Shown here piece by piece: positions 37,201-51,300 of a DNA stretch of 64,000 nucleotides. The translations under genes and the position numbers were made by a program. Location of the stretch: assembly GCF_009914755.1 (NCBI RefSeq), contig NC_060947.1; one strand, given 5' to 3'. The stretch's first letter is position 1. Each line of letters begins with the position of its first letter. The stretch is from the human T2T-CHM13v2.0 reference genome, Homo sapiens. Under the pieces are notes generated by a model. It did not search any database and had not been told where the DNA came from. It saw only the letters and a program-made list of their open reading frames with translations.

Positions 37201-40200
37201 AACTATCAAAGGAAGGTTCAACTCTGTGAGTTGAATGCAAACATCACAAAGAATGCTCTGAGTTTGCTTCCGTTCAGTTATGGGAAGTTGATCCCGTTTC
37301 CAACGAAATCCTCAGAGAGGTCCAAATATCCCCTTGCAGATTCTACAAAACGTGTGTTTGGAAACTGCTCCATCATAACGAATGTTCACATCTCTGAGTT
37401 AAACTCCATCGTCACAAAGAATTTTCTGAGAGTGCTACCGTCTAGTTTTTATATGAAGTTCTTTCCTTTACTACCACAGGCCTCAAAGCGGTCCAAATCT
37501 CCACTTGCAGATTCTATAAAAAGAGTGTTTGCAAACTGCTCTATCAAAAGGAATGTTCAACTCTGGGAGTTGAATGCAATCATCACAGAGCAGTTTCTGA
37601 GAATGCTTCTATGTCGTTTTTAGGAGAAGATATTTCCTTTTCCAACACAGTCCTCCAAGCCCGCTAAATATCCACTTGCACATTGTAGAAAAAGTGTGTC
37701 GAAGCTGCGCTATCAAAGGGAAAGTTCAACTCTGTGAGGTGAATGCAAACATCCCAAAGAAGTTTCTGAGAATGCTTCCGTTTAGCTTTTAGGTGAAGAT
37801 TATCCCGTTTCCAACGATATCTTCAAAGAGGTCCAAATATCCCCTTGCGGATCCCACAGAAAGAGTGTTTCGAAACTGCTGTTTCAAAAGGAATCTTCAA
37901 CTCTGTGAGTTGAATGCAATCATCACAAAGAAGTTTCCGACAATGCTTCTCTCTCGTCTTTCTGTGAAGATAAAGGAAAAGGCTTTCAGGCCTTTTCCAC
38001 CACAGGCCTGAAAGCGCTCCAAATGTCCACTTGCAGATTCTGCCAAAAGAATATTTCAAAACTGCTCTATGAAAAGCAATGTTAAACTTGGCGGCTCGAA
38101 CACAAACATCACAAAGCAGTTTCTGAGAATGCTTCAGTTTAGTTTTTCTGTGGAAATATTCCCGTTTCCAAAGAAATCTTCAAAGAGGTCCACGTATCCA
38201 CTTACAGATTCTACAAAAAGACAGTTTCAAAACTGCTCAATCAAAAGGAGGGTTCAACTGTGTGACTTGAATGCAATCATCACTCAGAAGTTTCTGAGAA
38301 TGTTTCTCTTTAGTTTTTACGTGAACATATACCCGTTTCGAACGAAGGCCACCCAGTGGTCCAAATATCCACTTGCAGATTCTACAGAAAGAGTGTTTCG
38401 AACCTGAACTCTCAAAGGCAGGTTCATCTCTGCGAGTTAAATGCATTCATCATGAAGAACATTCTCAGCGTGTTTGTGTTTAGTTATGGGAAATTATTCC
38501 CGTATCCAACGAAATCCTCAGAGAGCTCCAAATATCCAGCTGCAGATTCTACCAAAAGTGTATTTGGAAACTGCTCCATCAAAAGGCATGTTCAGCTCTG
38601 TGAGTGAAACTCCATCATCACAAAGAATATTCTGAGAATGCTTCCGTTTGCCTTTTATATGAAGTTCCTTCCTGTACTACCGTAGGCCTCAAAACAGTCC
38701 AAATCTCCATTTGCCGATTCTACAAAAAGCGTGATTCCAATGTGCTCTATCATTAGGATTGTTCAACTCCATGAGTTGAATGCCGTCCTCACAAAGTCGT
38801 TTCTGAGAATGCTTCTATCTAGTTTTTATGTGAAGATATTTCCTTTTCCACCACAGGCCTCAAAGCCCTCCAAACGTCCACTTGCAGATTCTCGAAAAAG
38901 ATTGTTTCATAGCTGCTCTTTCAAAAGGAAAGTTCAACTCTGGGAGTTGAATACAAACATCACAAAGTCGTTTCTGAGAATGCTTCTGTTTAGTTCTTAT
39001 GTGAAGATGATCCCGTTTCCAGTGAAATCTTCAACGAGGTCCACATATCCCCTTGCAGATTCCAAAGAAAGAGGGTTTCAAAACTGCTCCATCAAAATGA
39101 TTGTTCAACTCTGTGAGTTGAATGCAGTCATCGCAGAAAACTTTCTGAGAATGCTTCTGTCTAGGTTTGATGTGAAGATATAGACGTTTCAAACGAAGGC
39201 TACAAAGTGGTCAAAATATACACTTGCAGATTCTACTACAAGGGTGTTGCAAACCTGAACTATCAAAGGAAGGTTCAACTCTGTGAGTTGAATACAAACA
39301 TCACAAAGAATGCTCTGAGTTTGCTTCCGTTCAGTTATGGGAAGTTGATCCCTTTTCCAACGAAATCCTCAGAGAGGTCCAAATATCCCCTTGCAGATTC
39401 TACAAAACGTGTGTTTGGAAACTTCTCCATCATAACGAATGTTCAGCTCTCTGAGTTAAACTGCATCGTCACAAAGAATTTTCTGAGACTGCTACCATCT
39501 AGTTTTTATATGAAGTTCTTTCCTTTACGACCACAGGCCTCAAAGCGGTCTAAATCTCCACTTGCAGATTCTACAAAAAGAGCGTTTGAAAACTGCTCTA
39601 TCAAAAGGAATGTTCAACTCTGGGAGTTGAATGCAATCATCACAGAGCAGTTTCTGAGAATGCTTCTATGTCGTTTTTAGGAGAAGATATTTCCTTTTCC
39701 AACACAGTCCTCCAAGCCCGCTAAATATCCACTTGCACATTGTAGAAAAAGTGTGTCGAAGCTGCGCTATCAAAGGGAAAGTTCAACTCTGTGAGGTGAA
39801 TGCAAACATCCCAAAGAAGTTTCTGAGAATGCTTCCGTTTAGCTTTTAGGTGAAGATTATCCCGTTTCCAACAAAATCTTCAAAGAGGTCCAAATATCCC
39901 CTTGCGGATGCCACAGAAAGAGTGTTTCGAAACTGCTGTTTCAAAAGGAATCTTCAACTCTGTGAGTTGAATGCAATCATCACAAAGAAGTTTCCGACAA
40001 TGCTTCTCTCTCGTCCTTCTGTGAAGATAAAGGAAAAGGCTTTCAGGCCTTTTCCACCACAGGCCTGAAAGCTCTCCAAATGTCCACTTGCAGATTCTGC
40101 CAAAAGAATATTTCAAAACTGCTCTATGAAAAGCAATGTTAAACTCTGCGGCTCGAACACAAACATCACAAAGCAGTTTCTGAGAATGCTTCAGTTTAGT

Positions 40201-42540
40201 TTTTCTGTGGAAATATTCCCGTTTCCAAAGAAATCTTCAAAGAGGTCCACGTATCCACTTACAGATTCTACAAAAAGACAGTTTCAAAACTGCTCCATCA
40301 AAAGGAAGGTTCAACTGTGTGACTTGAATGCAATCATCACTCAGAAGTTTCTGAGAATGCTTCTCTTTAGTTTTTACGTGAAAATATACCCGTTTCGAAC
40401 GAAGGCCACCCAGTGGTCCAAATATCCACTTGCAGATTCTACAGAAAGGGTGTTTCGAACCTGAACTCTCAAAGGCAGGTTCATCTCTGCGAGTTAAATG
40501 CATTCATCATGAAGAACTTTCTCAGCGTGTTTGTGTTTAGTTATGGGAAATTATTCCCGTTTCCAACGAAATCCTCAGAGAGCTCCAAATATCCACCTGC
40601 AGATTCTACCAAAAGTGTATTTGGAAACTGCTCCATCAAAAGGCATGTTCAGCTCTGTGAGTGAAACTCCATCATCACAAAGAATATTCTGAGAATGCTT
40701 CCGTTTGCCTTTTATATGAAGTTCCTTCCTGTACTACCGTAGGCCTCAAAGCAGTCCAAATCTCCATTTGCAGATTCTACAAAAAGAGTGATTCCAATCT
40801 GCTCTATCAATAGGATTGTTCAACTCCATGAGTTGAATGCCGTCCTCACAAAGTCGTTTCTGAGAATGCTTCTATCTAGTTTTTATGTGAAGATATTTCC
40901 TTTTCCACCACAGGCCTCAAAGCCCTCCAAACGTCCACTTGCAGATTCTCGAAAAAGAGTGTTTCATAGCTGCTCTTTCAAAAGGAAAGTTCAACTCTGG
41001 GAGTTGAATACAAACATCACAAAGTAGTTTCCGAGAATGCTTCTGTTTAGTTCTTATGTGAAGATGATCCCGTTTCCAGTGAAATCTTCAACGAGGTCCT
41101 CATATCCCCTTGCAGATTCCAAAGAAAGAGCGTTTCAAAACTGCTCCATCAAAAGGATTGTTTAACTCTGTGAGTTGAATGCAGTCATCACAGAAAACTT
41201 TCTGAGAATGCTTCTGTCTAGGTTTGATGTGAAGATATAGACGTTTCAAACGAAGGCTACAAAGTGGTCAAAATATACACTTGCAGATTCTACTACAAGG
41301 GTGTTGCAAACCTGAACTATCAAAGGAAGGTTCAACTCTGTGAGTTGAATGCAAACATCACAAAGAATGCTCTGAGTTTGCTTCCGTTCAGTTATGGGAA
41401 GTTGATCCCGTTTCCAACGAAATCCTCAGAGAGGTCCAAATATCCCCTTGCAGATTCTACAAAACGTGTGTTTGGAAACTGCTCCATCATAACGAATGTT
41501 CACATCTCTGAGTTAAACTCCATCGTCACAAAGAATTTTCTGAGAGTGCTACCGTCTAGTTTTTATATGAAGTTCTTTCCTTTACTACCACAGGCCTCAA
41601 AGCGGTCCAAATCTCCACTTGCAGATTCTATAAAAAGAGTGTTTGCAAACTGCTCTATCAAAAGGAATGTTCAACTCTGGGAGTTGAATGCAATCATCAC
41701 AGAGCAGTTTCTGAGAATGCTTCTATGTCGTTTTTAGGAGAAGATATTTCCTTTTCCAACACAGTCCTCCAAGCCCGCTAAATATCCACTTGCACATTGT
41801 AGAAAAAGTGTGTCGAAGCTGCGCTATCAAAGGGAAAGTTCAACTCTGTGAGGTGAATGCAAACATCCCAAAGAAGTTTCTGAGAATGCTTCCGTTTAGC
41901 TTTTAGGTGAAGATTATCCCGTTTCCAACGATATCTTCAAAGAGGTCCAAATATCCCCTTGCGGATCCCACAGAAAGAGTGTTTCGAAACTGCTGTTTCA
42001 AAAGGAATCTTCAACTCTGTGAGTTGAATGCAATCATCTCAAAGAAGTTTCCGACAATGCTTCTCTCTCGTCTTTCTGTGAAGATAAAGGAAAAGGCTTT
42101 CAGGCCTTTTCCACCACAGGCCTGAAAGCGCTCCAAATGTCCACTTGCAGATTCTGCCAAAAGAATATTTCAAAACTGCTCTATGAAAAGCAATGTTAAA
42201 CTTGGCGGCTCGAACACAAACATCACAAAGCAGTTTCTGAGAATGCTTCAGTTTAGTTTTTCTGTGGAAATATTCCCGTTTCCAAAGAAATCTTCAAAGA
42301 GGTCCACGTATCCACTTACAGATTCTACAAAAAGACAGTTTCAAAACTGCTCAATCAAAAGGAGGGTTCAACTGTGTGACTTGAATGCAATCATCACTCA
42401 GAAGTTTCTGAGAATGTTTCTCTTTAGTTTTTACGTGAACATATACCCGTTTCGAACGAAGGCCACCCAGTGGTCCAAATATCCACTTGCAGATTCTACA
42501 GAAAGAGTGTTTCGAACCTGAACTCTCAAAGGCAGGTTCA
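34250..42540. repeat. Tandem duplication of a two-HOR (4,114-bp) block
   Basis: The ORF pairs 34617/38731, 35093/39207, 35736/39850, 36012/40126, 37150/41264 and 38069/42183 are identical or nearly so at +4,114 but differ at +2,057. Boundaries are approximate. Confidence 0.9.
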
Positions 42541-45379
42541 TCGCTGCGAGTTAAATGCATTCATGATGAAGAACATTCTCAGCGTGTTTGTGTTTAGTTA
42601 TGGGAAATTATTCCCTTATCCAACGAAATCCTCAGAGAGCTCCAAATATCCACCTGCAGATTCTACCAGAAGTGTATTTGGAAACTGCTCCATCAAAAGG
42701 CATGTTCAGCTCTGTGAGTGAAACTCCATCATCACAAAGAATATTCTGAGAATGCGTCCGTTTGCCTTTTATATGAAGTTCCTTCCTGTACTACCGTAGG
42801 CCTCAAAGCAGTCCAAATCTCCATTTGCCGATTCTACAAAAAGAGTGATTCCAATCTGCTCTATCATTAGGATTGTTCAACTCCATGAGTTGAATGCCGT
42901 CCTCACAAAGTCGTTTCTGAGAATGCTTCTATCTAGTTTTTATGTGAAGATATTTCCTTTTCCACCACAGGCCTCAAAGCCCTCCAAACGTCCACTTGCA
43001 GATTCTCGAAAAAGATTGTTTCATAGCTGCTCTTTCAAAAGGAAAGTTCAACTCTGGGAGTTGAATACAAACATCACAAAGTCGTTTCCGAGAATGCTTC
43101 TGTTTAGTTCTTATGTGAAGATGATCCCGTTTCCAGTGAAATCTTCAACGAGGTCCACATATCCCCTTGCAGATTCCAAAGAAAGAGGGTTTCACAACTG
43201 CTCCATCAAAAGGATTGTTCAACTCTGTGAGTTGAATGCAGTCATCGCAGAAAACTTTCTGAGAATGCTTCTGTCTAGGTTTGATGTGAAGATATAGACG
43301 TTTCAAACGAAGGCTACAAAGTGGTCAAAATATACACTTGCAGATTCTACTACAAGGGTGTTGCAAACCTGAACTATCAAAGGAAGTTTCAACTCTGTGA
43401 GTTGAATACAAACATCACAAAGAATGCTCTGAGTTTGCTTCCGTTCAGTTATGGGAAGTTGATCCCGTTTCCAACGAAATCCTCAGAGAGGTCCAAATAT
43501 CCCCTTGCAGATTCTACAAAACGTGTGTTTGGAAACTGCTCCATCATAACGAATGTTCAGCTCTCTGAGTTAAACTCCATCGTCACAAAGAATTTTCTGA
43601 GAGTGCTACCGTCTGGTTTTTATATGAAGTTATTTCCTTTACTACCACAGGCCTCAAAGCGGTCCAAATCTCCACTTGCAGATTCTACAAAAAGAGTGTT
43701 TGCAAACTGCTCTATCAAAAGGAATGTTCAACTCTGGGAGTTGAATGCAATCATCACAGAGCAGTTTCTGAGAATGCTTCTATGTCGTTTTTAGGAGAAG
43801 ATATTTCCTTTTCCAACACAGTCCTCCAAGCCCGCTAAATATCCACTTGCACATTGTAGAAAAAGTGTGTCGAAGCTGCGCTATCAAAGGGAAAGTTCGA
43901 CTCTGTGAAGTGAATGCAAACATCTCAAAAGAAGTTTCTGAGAATGCTTCCGTTTAGCTTTTAGGTGAAGATTATCCCGTTTCCAACGAAATGTTCAAAG
44001 AGGTCCAAATATCCCCTTGCGGATCCCACAGAAAGAGTGTTTCGAAACTGCTGTTTCAAAAGGAATCTTCAACTCTGTGAGTTGAATGCAATCATCACAA
44101 AGAAGTTTCCGACAATGCTTCTCTCTCGTCCTTCTATGAAGATAAAGGAAAAGTCTTTCAGGCCTTTTCCACCACAGGCCTGAAAGCACTCCAAATGTCC
44201 ACTTGCAGATTCTGCCAAAAGAATATTTCAAAACTGCTCTATGAAAAGCAATGTTAAACTCTGCGGCTCGAACACAAACATCACAAAGCAGTTTCTGAGA
44301 ATGCTTCAGTTTAGTTTTTCTGTGGAAATATTCCCGTTTCCAAAGAAATCTTCAAAGAGGTCCACGTATCCACTTACAGATTCTACAAAAAGGCAGTTTC
44401 AAAACTGCTCAATCAAAAGGAGGGTTCAACTGTGTGACTTGAATGCAATCATCACTCAGAAGTTTCTGAGAATGCTTCTCTTTAGTTTTTACGTGAACAT
44501 ATACCCGTTTCGAACGAAGGCCACCCAGTGGTCCAAATATCCACTTGCAGATTCTACAGAAAGAGTGTTTCGAACCTGAACTCTCAAAGGCAGGTTCATC
44601 TCTGCGAGTTAAATGAATTCATCATGAAGAACTTTCTCAGAGTGTTTGTGTTTAGTTATGGGAAATTACTCCTTTTCCCAACGAAATCCTCAGAGAGGTC
44701 CAAATATCCACCTGCAGATTCTACCAAAAGTGTATTTGGAAACTGCTCCATCAAAAGGCATGTTCAGCTCTGTGAGCGAAACTCCATCATCACAAAGGAT
44801 ATTCTGAGAATGCTTCCGTTTGCCTTTTATATGAAGTTCCTTCCTATACTACCATAGGCCTCAAAGCAGTCCAAATCTCCATTTGCAGATTCTACAAAAA
44901 GAGTGATTCCAATCTGCTTTATCAATAGGATTGTTCAACTCCATGAGTTGAATGCCATCCTCACAAAGTCGTTTCTGAGAATGCTTCTATCTAGTTTTTA
45001 TGTGAAGATATTTCCTTTTCCACCACAGGCCTCAAAGCTCTCCAAACGTCCACTTGCAGATTCTCGAAAAAGAGTGTTTCCTAGCTGCTCTTTCAAAAGG
45101 AAAGTTCAACTCTGGGAGTTGAATACAAACATCACAAAGTAGTTTCCGAGAATGCTTCTGTTTAGTTCTTATGTGAAGATGATCCCGTTTCCAGGGAAAT
45201 CTTCAAAGAGGTCCACATATCCCCTTGCAGATTCCAAAGAAAGAGGGTTTCAAAACTGCTCCATCAAAAGGATTGTACAACTCTGTGAGTTGAATGCAGT
45301 CATCGCAGAAAACTTTCTGAGAATGCTTCTGTCTAGGTTTGATGTGAAGATATAGACGTTTCAAACGAAGGCTACAAAG

Positions 45380-48300
45380 TGGTCAAAATATACACTTGCA
45401 GATTGTACTAAAAGGGTGTTGCAAACCTGAACTATCAAAGGAAGGTTCAACTCTGTGGGTTGAATACAAACATCGCAGAGAATGTTCTGAGTTTGCTTCC
45501 GTTCAGTTATGGGAAGTTGATCCCGTTTCCAACGAAATCCTCAGAGAGGTCCAAATATCCCCTTGCAGATTCTACAAAACGTGTGTTTGGAAACTGCTCC
45601 ATCATAACGAATGTTCAGCTCCCAGAGTTAAACTCCATCGTCACAGAGAGATTTCTGAGAGTGCTACCGTCTAGTTTTTATATGAAGTTGTTTCCTTTAC
45701 TAACACAGGCCTCAAAGCGGTCCAAATCTCCACTTGCAGATTCTACAAAAAGAGTGTTTCCAAACCGCTCTATCAAAAGGAATGTTCAACTCTGGGAGTT
45801 GAATGCAATCATCACAGAGCAGTTTCTGAGAATGCTTCTATGTCGTTTTTAGGAGAAGATATTTCCTTTTCCAACACAGTCCTCCAAGCCCGCTAAATAT
45901 CCACTTGCACATTGTAGAAAAAGTGTGTCAAAGCTGCGCTATCAAAGGGAAAGTTCAACTCTGTGAGGAGAGTGAAAACATCCCAAAGAAGTTTCTGAGA
46001 ATGCTTCCTTTCAGCTTTTAGGTGAAGATTATCCCGTTTCCAACGAAATCTTCAAAGAGGTCCAAATATCCCCTTGCGGATCCCACAGAAAGAGTGTTTC
46101 GAAACTGCTGTTTCAAAAGGAATCTTCAACTCTGTGAGTTGAATGCAATCATCACCACGAAGTTTCTGACAATGCTTCTCCCTCGTCTTTCTGTGAAGAT
46201 AAAGGAAAAGGCTTTCAGGCCTTTTCCACCACAGGCCTGAAAGCGCTCCAAATGTCCACTTGCAGATTCTGCCAAAAGAATATTTCAAAACTGCTCTATG
46301 AAAAGCAATGTTAAACTCTGCGGCTCGAACACAAACATCACAAAGCAGTTTCTGAGAATGCTTCAGTTTAGTTTTTCTGTGGAAATATTCCCGTTTCCAA
46401 AGAAATCCTCAAAGAGGTCCACGTATCCACTTACAGATCCTACAAAAAGACAGTTTCAAAACTGCTCCATCAAAAGGAGGGTTCAACTGTGTGACTTGAA
46501 AGCAATCATCACTCAGAAGTTTCTGAGAATGCTTCTCTTTAGTTTTTACGTGAACATATACCCGTTTCGAACGAAGGCCACCCAGTGGTCCAAATATCCA
46601 CTTGCAGATTCTAGAGAAAGAGTGTTTCGAACATGAACTCTCAAAGGCAGGATCATCTCTGCGAGTTAAATGTATTCGTCATGAAGAACTTTCTCAGCGT
46701 GTTTGTGTTTAGTTATGGGAAATTACTCCCGTTTCCAAAGAAATCCTCTGAGAGGTCCAAATATCCACCTGCAGATTCTACCAAAAGTGTATTTGGAAAC
46801 TGCTCCATCAACAGGCATGTTCAGCTCTGTGAGTGAAACTCCATCATCACAAAGAATATTCTGAGAATGCTTCCGTTTGCCTTTTATATGAAGTTCCTTC
46901 CTATACGACCGTAGGCCTCAAAGCAGTCGAAATCTCCATTTGCAGATTCTACAAAAAGAGTGATTCCAATCTGCTCTATCAATAGGATTGTTCAACTCCA
47001 TGAGTTGAATGCCATCCTCACAAAGTCGTTTCTGAGAATGCTTCTATCTAGTTTTTATGTGAAGATATTTCCTTTTCCACCACAGGCCTCAAAGCCCTCC
47101 AAACGTCCACTTGCAGATTCTCGAAAAAGAGTGTTTCATAGCTGCTCTTTCAAAAGGGAAGTTCAACTCTGGGAGTTGAATACAAACATCACAAAGTAGT
47201 TTCCGAGAATGCTTCTGTTTAGTTCTTATGTGAAGATGATCCCGTTTCCAGTGAAATCTTCAAAGAGGTCCACATATCCCCTTGCAGATTCCAAAGAAAG
47301 AGGGTTTCAAAACTGCTCCATCAAAAGGATTGTTCAACTCTGTGAGTTGAATGCAGTCATCGCAGAAAACTTTCTGAGAATGCTTCTGTCTAGGTTTGAT
47401 GTGAAGATATAGACGTTTCAAAAGAAGGCTACAAAGTGGTCAAAATATACACTTGCAGAATGTACTACAAGGGTGTTGCAAACCTGAACTATCAAAGAAA
47501 AGTTCAACTCTGTGGGTTGAATACAAACATCGCAGAGAATGTTCTGAGTTTGCTTCCGTTCAGTTATGGGAAGTTGATCCCGTTTCCTACGAAATCCTCA
47601 GAGAGGACCAAATATCCCCTTGCAGATTCTACAAAACGTGTGTTTGGAAACTGCTCCATCATAACGAATGTTCAGCTCCCTGAGTTAAACTCCAACGTCA
47701 CAAAGAGTTTTCTGAGAGTGCTACCGTCCAGTTTTTATATGAAGTTCTTTCCTTTACTACCACAAGCCTCAAAGCGGTCCAAATCTCCACTTGCAGATTC
47801 TACAAAAAGAGTGTTTGCAAACCGCTCTATCAAAAGGAATGTTCAACTCTGGGAGTTGAATGCAATCATCACAGAGCAGTTTCTGAGAATGCTTCTATGT
47901 CGTTTTTAGGAGAAGATATTTCCTTTTCCAACACAGTCCTCCAAGCCCGCTAAATATCCACTTGCACATTGTAGAGAAATGTGTCGAAGCTGCGCTATCA
48001 AAGGGAAAGTTCAACTCTGTGAGGTGAATGCAAACATCCCAAAGAAGTTTCTGAGAATGCTTCCGTTCAGCTTTTAGGTGAAGATTATCCCGTTTCCAAC
48101 GAAATCTTCAAAGAGGTCCAAATATCCCCTTGCAGATCCCACAGAAAGAGTGTTTCGAAACTGCTGTTTCAAAAGGAATCTTCAACTCTGTGAGTTGAAT
48201 GCAATCATCACAAAGAAGTTTCTGACAATGCTTCTCCCTCGTCTTTCTGTGAAGATAAAGGAAAAGGCTTTCAGGCCTTTTCCACCACAGGCCTGAAAGT

Positions 48301-51300
48301 GCTCCAAATGTCCACTTGCAGATTCTGCCAAAAGAATATTTCAAAACTGCTCTATGAAAAGCAATGTTAAACTCTGCGGCTCGAACACAAACATCACAAA
48401 GCAGTTTCTGAGAATGCTTCAGTTTAGTTTTTCTGTGGAAATATTCCCGTTTCCAAAGAAATCTTCAAAGAGGTCCACGTATCCACTTACAGAATCTACA
48501 AAAAGACAGTTTCAAAACTGCTCAATCAAAAGGAGGGTTCAACTGTGTGACTTGAATGCAATCATCACTCAGAAGTTTCTGAGAATGCTTCTCTTTAGTT
48601 TTTACGTGAACATATACCCGTTTCGAACGAAGGCCACCCAGTGGTCCAAATATCCACTTGCAGATTCTACAGAAAGAGTGTTTCGAACCTGAACTCTCAA
48701 AGGCAGGTTCATCTCTGCGAGTTAAATGCATTCATCATGAAGAACTTTCTCAGAGTGTTTGTGTTTAGTTATGGGAAATTATTCCCGTTTCCAACGAAAT
48801 CCTCAGAGAGGTCCAAATGTCCACCTGCAGATTCTACCAAAAGTGTATTTGGAAACTGCTCCATCAAAAGGCATGTTCAGCTCTGTGAGTGAAACTCCAT
48901 CATCACAAAGAATATTCTGAGAATGCTTCCGTTTGCCTTTTATATGAAGTTCCTTCCTATACGACCGTAGGCCTCAAAGCAGTCCAAATCTCCATTTGCA
49001 GATTCTACAAAAAGAGTGATTCCAATCTGCTCTATCAATAGGATTGTTCAACTCCATGAGTTGAATGCCATCCTCACAAAGTCGTTTCTGAGAATGCTTC
49101 TATCTAGTTTTTATGTGAAGATATTTCCTTTTCCACCACAGGCCTCAAAGCCCTCCAAACGTCCACTTGCAGATTCTCGAAAAAGAGTGTTTCATAGCTG
49201 CTCTTTCAAAAGGGAAGTTCAACTCTGGGAGTTGAATACAAACATCACAAAGTAGTTTCCGAGAATGCTTCTGTTTAGTTCTTATGTGAAGATGATCCCG
49301 TTTCCAGTGAAATCTTCAAAGAGGTCCACATATCCCCTTGCAGATTCCAAAGAAAGAGGGTTTCAAAACTGCTCCATCAAAAGGATTGTTCAACTCTGTG
49401 AGTTGAATGCAGTCATCGCAGAAAACTTTCTGAGAATGCTTCTGTCTAGGTTTGATGTGAAGATATAGACGTTTCAAACGAAGACTACAAAGTGGTCAAA
49501 ATATACACTTGCAGATTATACTACAAGGGTGTTGCAAACCTGAACTATCAAAGGAAGGTTCAACTCTGTGAGTTGAATACAAACATCGCAAAGAATGTTC
49601 TGAGTTTGCTTCCGTTCAGTTATGGGAAGTTGATCCCGTTTCCAACGAAATCCTCAGAGAGGTCCAAATATCCCCTTGCAGATTCTACAAAACGTGTGTT
49701 TGGAAACTGCTCCATCATAACGAATGTTCAGCTCCCTGAGTTAAACTCCATCGTCACAGAGAGATTTCTGAGAGTGCTACCGTCTAGTTTTTATATGAAG
49801 TTGTTTCCTTTACTACCACAGGCCTCAAAGCGGTCCAAATCTCCACTTGCAGATTCTACAAAAAGAGTGTTTCCAAACCGCTCTATCAAAAGGAATGTTC
49901 AACTCTGGGAGTTGAATGCAATCATCACAGAGCAGTTTCTGAGAATGCTTCTATGTCGTTTTTAGGAGAAGATATTTCCTTTTCCAACACAGTCCTCCAA
50001 GCCCGCTAAATATCCACTTGCACATTGTAGAAAAATGTGTCGAAGCTGCGCTATCAAAGGGAAAGTTCAACTCTGTGAGGTGAATGTAAACATCCCAAAG
50101 AAGTTTTTGAGAATGCTTCCTTTCAGCTTTTAGGTGAAGATTATCCCGTTTCCAACGAAATCTTCAAAGAGGTCCAAATATCCCCTTGCGGATCCCACAG
50201 AAAGAGTGTTTCGAAACTGCTGTTTCAAAAGGAATCTTCAACTCTGTGAGTTGAATGCAATCATCACCACGAAGTTTCTGACAATGCTTCTCCCTCGTCT
50301 TTCTGTGAAGATAAAGGAAAAGGCTTTCAGGCCTTTTCCACCACAGGCCTGAAAGCGCTCCAAATGTCCACTTGCAGATTCTGCCAAAAGAATATTTCAA
50401 AACTGCTCTATGAAAAGCAATGTTAAACTCTGCGGCTCGAACACAAACATCACAAAGCAGTTTCTGAGAATGCTTCAGTTTAGTTTTTCTGTGGAAATAT
50501 TCCCGTTTCCAAAGAAATCCTCAAAGAGGTCCACGTATCCACTTACAGATTCTACAAAAAGACAGTTTCAAAACTGCTCAATCAAAAGGAGGGTTCAACT
50601 GTGTGACTTGAAAGCAATCATCACTCAGAAGTTTCTGAGAATGCTTCTCTTTAGTTTTTACGTGAACATATACCCGTTTCGAACGAAGGCCACCCAGTGG
50701 TCCAAATACCCACTTGCAGATTCTAGAGAAAGAGTGTTTCGAACATGAACTCTCAAAGGCAGGTTCATCTCTGCGAGTTAAATGTATTCGTCATGAAGAA
50801 CTTTCTCAGAGTGTTTGTGTTTAGTTATGGGAAATTACTCCCGTTTCCAACGAAATCCTCTGAGAGGTCCAAATATCCACCTGCAGATTCTACCAAAAGT
50901 GTATTTGGAAACGGCTCCATCAAAAGGCATGTTCAGCTCTGTGAGTGAAACTCCATCATCACAAAGAATATTCTGAGAATGCTTCCGTTTGCCTTTTATA
51001 TGAAGTTCCTTCCTATACGACCATAGGCCTCAAAGCAGTCCAAATCTCCATTTGCAGATTCTACAAAAAGAGTGATTCCAATCTGCTCTATCAATAGGAT
51101 TGTTCAACTCCATGAGTTGAATGCCATCCTCACAAAGTCGTTTCTGAGAATGCTTCTATCTAGTTTTTATGTGAAGATATTTCCCTTTCCACCACAGGCC
51201 TCAAAGCCCTCCAAACGTCCACTTGCAGATTCTCGAAAAAGAGTGTTTCATAGCTGCTCTTTCAAAAGGGAAGTTCAACTCTGGGAGTTGAATACAAACA

